A DNA stretch of 50,939 nucleotides from Bacillales bacterium (lineage in GTDB: Bacteria; Bacillota_I; Bacilli_A; RF39; UBA660): NCBI GenBank assembly GCA_016291995.1, contig JAEEZV010000044.1:1-50939 (forward strand), in the 5' to 3' direction. The notes under the pieces are model-generated. The model ran no database searches, had not been told where the DNA came from, and was given only the letters and a program-made list of their open reading frames with translations. This document shows positions 10,309 to 19,876 of this stretch, piece by piece (the stretch's first letter is position 1; every line of letters starts with the position of its first letter). Position numbers and translations under genes: made by a program.

Positions 10309-10328
10309 TAGATAGTAGAGGTGTAAAT

Positions 10329-10652
10329 ATGAATAATAAGGGATTTACATTAGTAGAACTATTAGCAGTAGTAGTAATACTTGCTAGTATATCAATTGTA
10401 GCGGTTGTCAATGTTTCTTCTTCACTTAAAAGGAGAGATACAAGAGAATGTCTTGAACAAATAGCTATCGTTAAGAATTCTGCTAAAATATATTTTTCTT
10501 TAAATGATGATAAAACTAGTGTTACATTAGCTACACTAATAGATGAAGGATATATCGATGGAGATAATAAGATAAATAAATTAAAAAAGAATACAGATAA
10601 GGTTAATTTGACAGCAAATGGTTATGAATTTGTGGGAACAGAGTGTTCATAA
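10329..10652 (+). CDS. ComGC-like type IV (pseudo)pilin with a prepilin-type N-terminal cleavage/methylation motif
   Basis: MNNKG|FTLVELLAVVVILASISIVAV has Gly at -1, Phe at +1 and Glu at +5. A ComGC-like ...LIDEGYI... segment and two Cys are present. The ATG at 10329 is preceded by AGAGGTG. Confidence 0.75.
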   Translation: MNNKGFTLVELLAVVVILASISIVAVVNVSSSLKRRDTRECLEQIAIVKNSAKIYFSLNDDKTSVTLATLIDEGYIDGDNKINKLKKNTDKVNLTANGYEFVGTECS

Positions 10653-10679
10653 AAGAGTTTTACTCTTTTTTCTTTTTTT
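10651..10679 (+). terminator. Intrinsic terminator
   Basis: AAAAGAGT-ttt-ACTCTTTT followed by a T-rich run. Confidence 0.7.
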
Positions 10680-10725
10680 GTAATAAAGTAAAAAGACACC
10701 AATATAATATCATGAAGGGAGTATT

Positions 10726-11952
10726 ATGAAAAAAGAATATAAGCATATTATTATATTGCTTGGAGCAGTTATTCTTGGTGGAATAGTTGGACTTATTTTG
10801 GGAGAAAAGGCAAGAGTGTTAAGTCCTTTTGGAGATTTATTTTTAAATATGTTACTTGTAATTATTGTGCCTTTAATATTTTTAACAATTACAGGATCAA
10901 TATATAGAATGAAACAACCAAAAAGGATTGGTAAAATATTAATCAGTACATTTATAATGTTTTTAATAACTTCAGTGGTAGCAGTTCTAATAGGTATTAT
11001 CAGTACTTATTCGTTTAGACTAGTTGATGTAGAAAACGGGGAAATGATTAGAGAAAGTTTAGAAGTTGGAGAAGAAGTAAGTGGTGAATTAAACTTATTA
11101 GAAAGAACTGTAGAAATGGTATCGGTTAATGACTTTAATAAGCTACTGTCAAGAGATAATATGATAGCTTTAATAGTTGTTTCAATAATTAGTGGATTGG
11201 CAATGTCGATGGCTAGAGAAAAAGCAAAACCATTGTATGAATTTATAGAATCTGCTACGGAAGTACTGATGAATGTAATAAAGATAATTATGTATTATGC
11301 GCCAATTGGACTGGGATGTTATTTTGCAGCAATGGTAGGAACATTTGGAAGCAGTATAGCGATTGGATATTTAAATACCTTTTTAGTATATTTATTAGCA
11401 TCTTTAGTATGTTATTTTGGAGTATATACGGTATATGCATACATTAGTGCAGGTTCTTTAGGGGTAAAAAGGTTTTGGTCAAATATTATTCCATCAACGC
11501 TTACCGCTTTAGCAACATGTTCATCAGCAGCCACAATGCCAGTCAATATTGAATGTACAAAGAGGGTTGGAGTTCCTGATGATATAACTGAGACGACTGT
11601 TTCACTTGGAACAAGTTTTCATAAGGATGGTTCAGTTATTGGTAGCGTATTTAAAATAATGTTCTTGGTATATTTATTTAATGGAAATGTATCAATATTA
11701 AAAATATCATTAATAGCTCTTATAGCCACATTACTGGTAACTGCTGTACCTATTGGTGGAGGAACAATATCTGAAATGTTAATTATAACATTATTAGGGT
11801 ATCCGGTGGGAGCACTACCAATACTTACAATTATTGCGACGATTATCGATGCACCAGCGACAGTACTAAACGTTGTTGGAGACAGTCCAGCGGCAATGCT
11901 AACAGCAAGAATAGTCGATGGTGAGAATTGGTTAGAAGAAAGGAAAGCATAG
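10726..11952 (+). CDS. Dicarboxylate/amino acid:cation symporter (DAACS family)
   Basis: About 8 TM segments plus re-entrant loops. SSAATMP and VVGD motifs characteristic of GltP/SstT-type carriers. Paralog at 46735-47901. Confidence 0.8.
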   Translation: MKKEYKHIIILLGAVILGGIVGLILGEKARVLSPFGDLFLNMLLVIIVPLIFLTITGSIYRMKQPKRIGKILISTFIMFLITSVVAVLIGIISTYSFRLVDVENGEMIRESLEVGEEVSGELNLLERTVEMVSVNDFNKLLSRDNMIALIVVSIISGLAMSMAREKAKPLYEFIESATEVLMNVIKIIMYYAPIGLGCYFAAMVGTFGSSIAIGYLNTFLVYLLASLVCYFGVYTVYAYISAGSLGVKRFWSNIIPSTLTALATCSSAATMPVNIECTKRVGVPDDITETTVSLGTSFHKDGSVIGSVFKIMFLVYLFNGNVSILKISLIALIATLLVTAVPIGGGTISEMLIITLLGYPVGALPILTIIATIIDAPATVLNVVGDSPAAMLTARIVDGENWLEERKA

Positions 11953-11966
11953 CTTTCTTTTTTTTG
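11942..11966 (+). terminator. Intrinsic terminator
   Basis: GGAAAGC-ata-GCTTTCT followed by T8. The stop codon is in the loop. Confidence 0.6.
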
Positions 11967-12013
11967 ACATTTTTTGCATGTTTTAAGGAATATAATTTAT
12001 TTGGTGATGTAAA

Positions 12014-12964
12014 ATGAATAATCTTTATATGGGGTTAGATGTGGGAGTAATATATACGAAAGGAATTATCATAGATGATAAAGCGAATATCTTAGCTAGT
12101 TCATATATAGAAACTTTAGGGGAACCAGTGAAGGCGGCTAAGAAAGTAATAAAAGATATGGAGAAAGAAATAGATTTAAATAAGTATAGGGTAATTTCTT
12201 TGGGGGTGACGGGGTCAGCTAGAAAATTAGTTGGTTCATTATTATCAGCAAATACTATTAGGAATGAAATTACTTCTTTAGTAGAGGGGTGTGTGAAATT
12301 ATATCCTAATGTTAGAACAATTATGGAAATAGGTGGAGAAGATTCAAAAGCTATTATATTAGAAGATGGAATTATTAAAGATTATGCAATATGTAAATAT
12401 GTATCAGGATCATATGTTAATTATTTTACGAGGATGTTTGGCATCGATATTAAAGATGTTAATGATATGGCTATGAAAGGTAAAAGTAGAATAGATGCAT
12501 TACCAAAATGTATGATGTTTTTAGAAAATGATTTATCTAATAAAATGCAATCAGGATATAAAAAAGAGGATGTTCTTAGAAATATATCTTTAGGAATAGC
12601 TAGGGGATATGTAAATAGTTTTAAGGATATGATAAACAATGGACCGATTATGTTTTGTGGTGGTGTCAGTAGAAATAAGGTAGTAGTTAATGAAATAGAA
12701 AAAATGTTAGACTACCATGTTATTGTGAATAGAAATTCACATATAATGGGAGCTTTAGGAATAGCAATACTAGCTAAGAAAGAGGGGAAATACAAGGAAT
12801 TTGATTTTAATATATGTAATTATAAAATGGATACGAAAATACATAGTTGTTTGAAATGTAATAAGCAATGCGAAATAGTTTCAATATATAGGGATGATAA
12901 ATTGATAGACTATTGGGGAAATAAGTGTAATGATAGTGTAAAAGAGGGTAATTTAGTTGTATAA
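12014..12964 (+). CDS. BadF/BadG/BcrA/BcrD-type ATPase (2-hydroxyacyl-CoA dehydratase activase-like) with a Cys-rich C-terminal tail
   Basis: ASKHA-fold phosphate-1 motif [11 protein letters not shown] and EIGGEDSK. Two Cys lie at the positions of the activase cluster ligands (AICKY, LPKCMMF). The tail is [11 protein letters not shown]...WGNKCND. Confidence 0.65.
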   Translation: MNNLYMGLDVGVIYTKGIIIDDKANILASSYIETLGEPVKAAKKVIKDMEKEIDLNKYRVISLGVTGSARKLVGSLLSANTIRNEITSLVEGCVKLYPNVRTIMEIGGEDSKAIILEDGIIKDYAICKYVSGSYVNYFTRMFGIDIKDVNDMAMKGKSRIDALPKCMMFLENDLSNKMQSGYKKEDVLRNISLGIARGYVNSFKDMINNGPIMFCGGVSRNKVVVNEIEKMLDYHVIVNRNSHIMGALGIAILAKKEGKYKEFDFNICNYKMDTKIHSCLKCNKQCEIVSIYRDDKLIDYWGNKCNDSVKEGNLVV

Positions 12965-13007
12965 ACTCTTTTTTTTTAGTATAATTAATTTAGAATGGTG
13001 GTGGAAT

Positions 13008-13793
13008 ATGAAACAAAGAACATTTAGTGCCATTATCTTACTTATTGTACTTGTAGGAGCAATGATAGTAAGTAGTAGAGTATTTGGAATTTTAATGTTA
13101 GTTATTTCAGTATTAGGATTTAATGAATTTTTTGAAATTAAGTTTGGAACAAAGGGAAAGGATTTAAAAGTAATAAAACTTATTAGTTATGCATGTTTAC
13201 TTCTAATAACTTTAAATAATACTTTTTATATTCTTGATATGAAGGTAACTATTTTGTTACCGCTTATGTCACTTAGTATACCAATAGTACTTTATAATGA
13301 TAGTAAGAAATATAATATTGTAGATGCAATGTATGTAATGGGAATAGTATACTTTTTAGGACTTGCTTTTCAGAATATTGTATATTTACGTGATACAAGT
13401 GTGCTTAAATGTATATTTATCTTTGTAATTGCTTTCATTACTGATACATATGCTTATCTTGGAGGTAGTTTAATAGGTAGACATAAACTTACAACGATTT
13501 CACCTAAGAAGACTATCGAAGGTACAATTATTGGAACAGCTATGGGAACATTTATTGGTAGTGTATATTATTACAACATCATTGGTGGAGTTAGTATATT
13601 TGATACGATTATGTTATCACTATTTTTGACAGTTATTTCAGAATTTGGTGATTTGGTTTTCAGTAGTATTAAAAGATATTTTGATAAGAAAGATTATTCA
13701 AATTTAATACCAGGACATGGTGGAATATTAGATAGATTTGATAGTGTGATATATGTATCACTTGGTTTATCTTTAATATTAGCATTATTTTAG
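13008..13793 (+). CDS. cdsA: Phosphatidate cytidylyltransferase (CDP-diglyceride synthase)
   Basis: Multi-pass membrane protein with the C-terminal CTP-transferase signature SxxKRxxxxKDxxxxxPGHGGxxDRxDS ([28 protein letters not shown]). The ATG at 13008 follows GGTGGTGG. Confidence 0.9.
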   Translation: MKQRTFSAIILLIVLVGAMIVSSRVFGILMLVISVLGFNEFFEIKFGTKGKDLKVIKLISYACLLLITLNNTFYILDMKVTILLPLMSLSIPIVLYNDSKKYNIVDAMYVMGIVYFLGLAFQNIVYLRDTSVLKCIFIFVIAFITDTYAYLGGSLIGRHKLTTISPKKTIEGTIIGTAMGTFIGSVYYYNIIGGVSIFDTIMLSLFLTVISEFGDLVFSSIKRYFDKKDYSNLIPGHGGILDRFDSVIYVSLGLSLILALF

Positions 13794-13802
13794 GAGGAAT
13801 AT

Positions 13803-14849
13803 ATGAATATAGTATCACTTTTATGGTTTGTTTTAATACTTGGTGTAATCGTAGCAATACATGAATTTGGACATTTTATTTTTGCTAAGTTAGCAAATAT
13901 TTATGTATATGAATTTTCTTTAGGATTTGGAAAGAAGATCTTTGGTAGAAAGAAGAAAAATGCAGAGACTGAATTCTGTGTTAGAATGATTCCTCTTGGC
14001 GGCTATGTAATGATAGCTGGTGAGGATGTTGAAGATAAGAAAATACCTAAGGATAGGCAAATGTGTAATAAGAATTTTATTCAAAGATTTTTAGTACTTT
14101 TTGCTGGACCTTTTAATAATTTCTTATTAGCATTTTTAATTTTATTTGTCAGTGCACTTATATATGGTGCTGTATCAATGAAACCTTATGTGGGAGATGT
14201 GAGTGTTGGATATCCAGCATATACGGCAGGTGTCCGTAGTGGTGATTTATTGCTTGAACTTGATGGTAAGAAAATTAAGAATTGGGATCAAGCGTTGATA
14301 AAATTACAGACTAGTACTGGTGAAACAATTACCTTTAAACTAGAAAAAGTTAATGGTGAAATTGTTACGTATGATATAACACCAATGAAAGTTGTGGATG
14401 AAGCGGGAAATACTAGTTATAAATTTGGTATAGCTACGAGATATGAAAAAGAATATGGTTTTGGTAAATCAATTAGTTATGCGTTTAATAAGACAGGATC
14501 TTTATTTGGTAGTATGGTAGATACACTTAAATATTTATTTACTGGTAAAGTTGGTGTAAATCAATTATCTGGTCCTGTAGGAATATATCAAGTAATCGAT
14601 CAACAATCTAGATTGGGATTAGAGTCAATACTTTATTTGATTGCTTATTTATCTATAAATGTAGGACTTATTAATTTACTTCCGTTCCCAGCATTTGATG
14701 GTGGAAGAATATTATTCCTAATTATTGAAAAGGTATTTAAGAAACCTGTTTCTAAGAAAGTAGAAAATATTATTCATACGATAGGCTTTGCACTTATAAT
14801 GTTACTTTTAATATATGTAACATTTAATGATGTACTTAGGTTGTTTTAA
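13803..14849 (+). CDS. rseP: RIP metalloprotease RseP/RasP (site-2 protease, M50)
   Basis: HEFGHF zinc motif, one PDZ-like segment, and C-terminal NLLPFPAFDGG. The conserved position after cdsA supports the call. Confidence 0.9.
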   Translation: MNIVSLLWFVLILGVIVAIHEFGHFIFAKLANIYVYEFSLGFGKKIFGRKKKNAETEFCVRMIPLGGYVMIAGEDVEDKKIPKDRQMCNKNFIQRFLVLFAGPFNNFLLAFLILFVSALIYGAVSMKPYVGDVSVGYPAYTAGVRSGDLLLELDGKKIKNWDQALIKLQTSTGETITFKLEKVNGEIVTYDITPMKVVDEAGNTSYKFGIATRYEKEYGFGKSISYAFNKTGSLFGSMVDTLKYLFTGKVGVNQLSGPVGIYQVIDQQSRLGLESILYLIAYLSINVGLINLLPFPAFDGGRILFLIIEKVFKKPVSKKVENIIHTIGFALIMLLLIYVTFNDVLRLF

Positions 14850-14853
14850 AATA

Positions 14854-14881
14854 AACATAACTAGAAATAGTTATGTTTTTT
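14854..14881 (+). terminator. Intrinsic terminator
   Basis: AACATAACTA-gaaa-TAGTTATGTT followed by TTTT. Confidence 0.8.
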
Positions 14882-14960
14882 ATGTGTTAAGTTTGTGTAT
14901 TTTTTGTTATAAATATGGACTTTTTAATATAAATTTAGTAAAATTATAGTGGGTGGTTGT

Positions 14961-16058
14961 ATGTATAATAAAGCGCTTAATGTGCTTAACATATTTCATG
15001 AAAATGGATATGAAGCATACATTGTTGGGGGATATCCGAGGGATTATCTACTCGGTATTAAAACTTTAGATATCGATATATGTACTAATGCAAAGCCAAA
15101 AGAAATAATGGAGATATTTGATACGGAAGCAGTTAGTGATGTTGGATATGGTTCTGTAAAGGTAATATATAAGAATGTAAAGTTTGATGTAACTACTTAT
15201 AGGGTTGATATTAAGTATGAAAAAAATAGAAAACCGATAAAGATTAAATATGTTACAGATTTAAAAAAAGATTTGCTTAGAAGAGACTTTACAATCAATA
15301 CGATATGTATTGATAAGGATGGTAATTTTATTGATCTACTTAATGGTAGAGAAGATTTAGATAATAGGGTTATTAAAACAGTTGGTAATCCTAGACATAG
15401 ATTAAAAGAAGATAGTTTAAGAATACTTAGAGCTATTAGATTTGCTTCTTTACTAGAATTTGATATTGATGATAGAACAGGATATTTTATTAAGAAATAT
15501 GGATATTTACTTAAGAGTCTATCTGGATCTAGGAAACGTGAAGAATTAGATAAGATTCTTACTTCTAGGAATAAGGAAATAGGTAGAAATTTACTTATAT
15601 CATTTGATTTATGTAAGTATTTAGGACTAAATAATTTATCAGATATTGTTTTATGTGATGATATTATTGGTATATGGAGTCAACTTGATGTTAGTGATGA
15701 TTATCCTTTTTCTAAATTAGAAAAAGAAACAATTAGAAAAGTTAGAGAATTATTAAATAAGGAATTAAATGAAATAAATATATATAGATATGGTCTTTAT
15801 ATATCAACAGTAGTTGGTAGTATTAAAGGTGTCAGTTACAAGATAATTAATAATATATATAAGAATTTGCCAATTACTAGTACAAAAGATATTTTACTTA
15901 GTGGAGAAGATATTAAGAAGATACTTAATCGTGAGCCTGGTAAATATATTAGTACTATTCTTAGCGATTTGGAAGAAAAGATTATCTTGGGGGAACTTGA
16001 GAATAATCGCGATGTACTTACAACGTATGTTCGTAATAATTATAAAGGTGATAAATAA
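14961..16058 (+). CDS. cca: CCA tRNA nucleotidyltransferase
   Basis: GGYPRDYLLG...DIDI nucleotidyltransferase motif and RRDFTIN. The ATG at 14961 follows GGGTGG. Confidence 0.85.
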   Translation: MYNKALNVLNIFHENGYEAYIVGGYPRDYLLGIKTLDIDICTNAKPKEIMEIFDTEAVSDVGYGSVKVIYKNVKFDVTTYRVDIKYEKNRKPIKIKYVTDLKKDLLRRDFTINTICIDKDGNFIDLLNGREDLDNRVIKTVGNPRHRLKEDSLRILRAIRFASLLEFDIDDRTGYFIKKYGYLLKSLSGSRKREELDKILTSRNKEIGRNLLISFDLCKYLGLNNLSDIVLCDDIIGIWSQLDVSDDYPFSKLEKETIRKVRELLNKELNEINIYRYGLYISTVVGSIKGVSYKIINNIYKNLPITSTKDILLSGEDIKKILNREPGKYISTILSDLEEKIILGELENNRDVLTTYVRNNYKGDK

Positions 16059-17035
16059 TGGGACTATTTAGTAAGATTAAGAATCTTTTTAGTGGTAATA
16101 ATAAGGAAGTAGTAGAGGAAGTAAAAAACTATGATACTGGACTTAAAAAGAGTAGAGAAGAATTTGTTAGTCAGTTAGCTAATTTATCTAAAAAGTATAA
16201 AAACATTTCAGAGGATTATTTTGAAGAGTTAGAGAACATACTAATAATGGCTGATATTGGTGTCAATACGGTTATGTCTTTTGTAGATAGATTAAGAGAT
16301 AGAGTTAAGAGTGAAAAGATTACAGATAGCAATATGCTAAAAGAGATAATAGTAGATGAATTATTTGTAATGTATGTTGGTAATAGTATTATCGATAGTA
16401 AAATACATTTTACGGAGAATGGACCTACGGTTATTCTTTATGTTGGAGTAAATGGTGTTGGTAAGACTACGACAATTGGTAAAATGGCTGCTCAATATAA
16501 GAATAAAGGTAAAAAGGTTATGATGGTAGCTGGAGATACTTTTAGAGCTGGAGCTATCGAACAGATAAATGAATGGGGAAGTAGAGTTGGATGTACAGTT
16601 GTTAGTGGAGAAAGTAAAGATCCATCTTCAGTTATTTATGATGCTTTGATTAAGGCAAAGGATGAAGACTACGATCTAGTAATGATCGATACGGCAGGAA
16701 GACTTCAGAATAAGACTAATTTGATGGAAGAATTAGCTAAAATTAATAGAGTTATTAAGAAGGTTATTCCAGAAGCACCGCATGAGGTATTGTTAGTAAT
16801 AGATGCTACGACTGGACAAAATGGTATTAGTCAAGCTAAATCATTTAAAGAAATTACGGATATTAGTGGAATAGTTCTTACAAAGTTAGATGGTACTGCT
16901 AAAGGTGGTATTGTTTTAGCTATCAAGGAAGAAGTTAATATACCAGTTAAATTTGTAGGACTTGGTGAAGGTATAGATCAAATCGAAGCATTCGATGTTG
17001 AAAAATATATATATGGATTATTTAAAGATTTGTGA
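16058..17035 (+). CDS. ftsY: Signal recognition particle receptor FtsY
   Basis: SRP GTPase motifs GVNGVGKTTT, DTAGR and TKLDGTAKGG. There is a 1-nt TAATG overlap with cca. Confidence 0.95.
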   Translation: MGLFSKIKNLFSGNNKEVVEEVKNYDTGLKKSREEFVSQLANLSKKYKNISEDYFEELENILIMADIGVNTVMSFVDRLRDRVKSEKITDSNMLKEIIVDELFVMYVGNSIIDSKIHFTENGPTVILYVGVNGVGKTTTIGKMAAQYKNKGKKVMMVAGDTFRAGAIEQINEWGSRVGCTVVSGESKDPSSVIYDALIKAKDEDYDLVMIDTAGRLQNKTNLMEELAKINRVIKKVIPEAPHEVLLVIDATTGQNGISQAKSFKEITDISGIVLTKLDGTAKGGIVLAIKEEVNIPVKFVGLGEGIDQIEAFDVEKYIYGLFKDL

Positions 17036-17044
17036 GGAACTGTA

Positions 17045-17338
17045 ATGGAAGATAGAGAGAAGATAGTTATTTTGTACGACTATTATGGTGAATTGTTAAC
17101 GGAAGTTCAAAGAGATTATTTTGAAGCTTATTACTTTGATAATCTATCGTTATCAGAGATAGGTGAGAATCTTAATAAAAGCAGAAATGCAGTACATAAG
17201 AATATTAAAAGCGTTGTAAGTAGACTTTATGAATATGAAGATAAGTTAAAGTTATACATGAAGGATGAAAAATTAAAAGAGATTATAAATGAAATAAATG
17301 ATAAAAAGATAAAGAAAGAATTAGAGGAATTGTTATGA
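17045..17338 (+). CDS. ylxM: YlxM/p13-like putative DNA-binding protein (UPF0122)
   Basis: 97 aa with LLTEVQRDYFEAYYFDNLSLSEIGENLNKSRNAVHKNIK, a sigma-70 region-4-like HTH. Confidence 0.8.
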   Translation: MEDREKIVILYDYYGELLTEVQRDYFEAYYFDNLSLSEIGENLNKSRNAVHKNIKSVVSRLYEYEDKLKLYMKDEKLKEIINEINDKKIKKELEELL

Positions 17339-17496
17339 AGAATAAATTGCCAGTAGTAATTGAAAATTATGATTTGCCGGTAGATGAATCTAAGGAAAAG
17401 GAAGATGAATCTAGGGGATATGCAAGTGTATTATTCTTACTTAGTGTAATGGTTGTTTGTTGGAGTGTTGTAACAATTATATTACTAGGAAGGTGA
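17335..17496 (+). CDS. Unannotated 53-aa tail-anchored small membrane protein
   Basis: It is absent from the supplied ORF track. Its ATG overlaps the ylxM stop (ATGA). Translation: MKNKLPVVIENYDLPVDESKEKEDESRGYASVLFLLSVMVVCWSVVTIILLGR, an acidic head plus one TM segment. Its last codons (GGAAGGTGA) form the RBS of the next gene. Confidence 0.45.
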   Translation: MKNKLPVVIENYDLPVDESKEKEDESRGYASVLFLLSVMVVCWSVVTIILLGR

Positions 17497-17500
17497 TAAT

Positions 17501-18397
17501 GTGAAAGAGAGTATATTAGAAAAATATGGTGAGAATTTAACAGCTAATAAATATATTGTCAATCCTGCTGTAGCTCGTGATAAGGAACTAAAAGAGTTGG
17601 TTATGGTACTTTTAACGCCAGAAAAATCAGCTTGTTTAGTTGGTAAACCAGGTATTGGTAAAACAGCTATCGTAGAGGGACTTGCTTATCGTATGCAACT
17701 AGGAGATATGCCTAATGCCTTAAAGGGATATACTGTTTATAAGATTAGTACACCATCTTTAGTAGGCAGTAGTGATGGCGAGAATAAGATTATGCAATTA
17801 GTTAATGAATTAAAGACTAAGGAAAAGGTAATTGTATTTATCGATGAGATACATATGTTAATGGGAGCAAGTAAAGATGGTCCTATGGATATGGCTAATA
17901 TGTTTAAAGAAGGACTTAGCCGTGGTACAGTTAAATTAATTGGTGCTACGACAGTCGATGAATATGAGAGATATATTCTTCGTGATAAGGCATTTGTAAG
18001 AAGATTTGAGAGAATAGATGTATCTGAACCAACACAAGAAATGTGTGTACAGATACTTATGAGAACAGTTCCTAAAATTGAAGCGCAAACGGGAGTAAAA
18101 TTAAATTATACGGATTTCATTAAGGAAAAGATAATGAAATTTATTGTCAATATGACAAGTGAATATAAGAGAGTATATGAGATATCTTCAAGATATCCAG
18201 ATATTGCGTTAACTGTTTTAAGACAAGCTTTTTCAGCAGCTTTATTCGATAATAGTAATGAAGTAAAATTTAGACATATATATGAAGCTGTTAAATCAAC
18301 TAAAGCAGTATATCCAGATGTTATTAAAAAAGAGCTTGTAGTATTTAAGGAAGAATTTAAAGAAGAATTAGAAAACGAAAATGTAGTAGTAGAATAA
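17501..18397 (+). CDS. Stand-alone AAA+ ATPase resembling the D1 module of ClpA/ClpB/ClpC
   Basis: Walker A GKPGIGKTAIVEGLA, Walker B VIVFIDEIHML, sensor-1 LIGATTVDEY and RRF arginine motif are present. There is no Clp N-domain, M-domain or D2. GSSDGENK lies where ClpC has the KYRGEFE pore loop. GTG start preceded by GGAAGGTGA. Confidence 0.7.
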   Translation: MKESILEKYGENLTANKYIVNPAVARDKELKELVMVLLTPEKSACLVGKPGIGKTAIVEGLAYRMQLGDMPNALKGYTVYKISTPSLVGSSDGENKIMQLVNELKTKEKVIVFIDEIHMLMGASKDGPMDMANMFKEGLSRGTVKLIGATTVDEYERYILRDKAFVRRFERIDVSEPTQEMCVQILMRTVPKIEAQTGVKLNYTDFIKEKIMKFIVNMTSEYKRVYEISSRYPDIALTVLRQAFSAALFDNSNEVKFRHIYEAVKSTKAVYPDVIKKELVVFKEEFKEELENENVVVE

Positions 18398-18418
18398 GGC
18401 TATCATGTAGGTGATAAT

Positions 18419-19876
18419 ATGAAAAGATTAAATGAATTGTATGATGTAGATAGTGACGTTATGATTACTGGAGTATCCATCAATAGTAAAGAAACTAAAA
18501 AGGGAGATATTTTTGTTTGTGTTCACGGTGCAAAGGTAGATAGACACGATTTTATTGATGATGCTATTAAGAATGGAGCTAGTGCTTTAGTCGTAGCTCA
18601 TGAAGTAAAGAGTAGCGTACCATATGTTGTTGTGGATAATCCCGATGATGAAGTTGTCTATTTATCTAAAAAAATATATGACTATGATCCCAATAAATTC
18701 CATTTATACGGTGTTACAGGAACAGATGGAAAGACTAGTGTAGCAACGATTGTATCTACGTTAATCGGAAATGATAAATGTGGTTATATCGGGACTAATG
18801 GTAGGAGTTGTGCATATTTTACTGGGGATACAGATAATACAACACCAGCGCCACATCAACTATATGGCTATTTTAAAGAGTTTTTAGATAGTGGATGTAA
18901 TAGTGTATGTATGGAAGCATCTTCAGAAGCTAAACTTAAGGGTAGATTAGATGGACTTAAATACGATGTTATTGGTATTACAAATATTACATCAGAACAC
19001 TTAAATAGTCATGGTACTTTAGAAAACTATGTTTTATGTAAGAAAGAGATAATGACACTTACTAAAGATAATGGATATTGTGTATTAAATCATGATGATT
19101 CATATTATAAGGAAGTTAGAGAATTTTGTAAGGGTAAGATTTTGACATATGGTATGGATAATGATAATGATTTACAAATTGTATCATTTGATTTACATAC
19201 AGATAAGACAGAGATTAAATTTAAGTATGATGGTGAAGTATATGATGTAACATCTCCATTACTAGGGGATTTTAATGTCTATAATTTAGCATGTGCAATG
19301 CTTATGTGTCTATCTCAAGGATATGAAATGAATTATCTGATTAGCAATATAAAGAATATTAATGTATCTGGTAGATTAGATACAATCGATTGTGGACAAG
19401 ATTTTACAGTAATGATCGATTATGCTCATACACCTAATGGAATTACTAGTTTGCTTAGATTTGTTAGATTATTGGAACCTAATAGGATTATTACAGTAAT
19501 TGGACAAGCAGGAGAAAGGGATCCATATAAGAGAAAAACTGTTGGTAAGGTTGTAGCTACTAATTCAGATGTAGCAATATTCTGTTATGAAGATCCAAGG
19601 AGTGAAGATCCTTTAAAAATAATCGAAATGATGTGCGAAGAAATAAAAGATAGGGATAATTATGAAGTAATTGTTGATAGAAGTGAAGCAATAAAACATG
19701 CTATCGATATTGCTAAGACGGGTGATATTGTATTAGTGTTAGGAAAAGGCAACGAAACATATGAGAAATTAAAAGATGGTACGATATATTTTAATGATGT
19801 AGAGGAAGCAACTAAACACTTAAAGGATAGACTAAAAAGAGAATCTTCTAAAGAAGAGGTGAAGATAGGTGTATAG
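18419..19876 (+). CDS. murE: UDP-N-acetylmuramoyl-L-alanyl-D-glutamate--diamino acid ligase (MurE), copy 1
   Basis: Mur ligase P-loop GVTGTDGKTS and DYAHTPNG. EDPRSEDP lies at the position of the DAP-specificity DNPR motif. Confidence 0.85.
   Translation: MKRLNELYDVDSDVMITGVSINSKETKKGDIFVCVHGAKVDRHDFIDDAIKNGASALVVAHEVKSSVPYVVVDNPDDEVVYLSKKIYDYDPNKFHLYGVTGTDGKTSVATIVSTLIGNDKCGYIGTNGRSCAYFTGDTDNTTPAPHQLYGYFKEFLDSGCNSVCMEASSEAKLKGRLDGLKYDVIGITNITSEHLNSHGTLENYVLCKKEIMTLTKDNGYCVLNHDDSYYKEVREFCKGKILTYGMDNDNDLQIVSFDLHTDKTEIKFKYDGEVYDVTSPLLGDFNVYNLACAMLMCLSQGYEMNYLISNIKNINVSGRLDTIDCGQDFTVMIDYAHTPNGITSLLRFVRLLEPNRIITVIGQAGERDPYKRKTVGKVVATNSDVAIFCYEDPRSEDPLKIIEMMCEEIKDRDNYEVIVDRSEAIKHAIDIAKTGDIVLVLGKGNETYEKLKDGTIYFNDVEEATKHLKDRLKRESSKEEVKIGV

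Noticed and set aside
11964-11996. TTGACA ... TATAAT pair upstream of the activase-like gene.
   Set aside because: The spacer is 21 bp, too long for a functional sigma-A promoter, so it was not reported as a promoter.
12421-12639. Minus-strand ORFs at 12421-12639, 13669-13857, 25218-25454, 25363-25554, 32012-32212, 34712-34978, 45123-45329, 46469-46729, 46683-47039, 47133-47324 and 47373-47786.
   Set aside because: All are fully nested antisense to confidently identified + strand genes. They lack an SD and give hydrophobic, low-complexity translations. I treat them as frame shadows.
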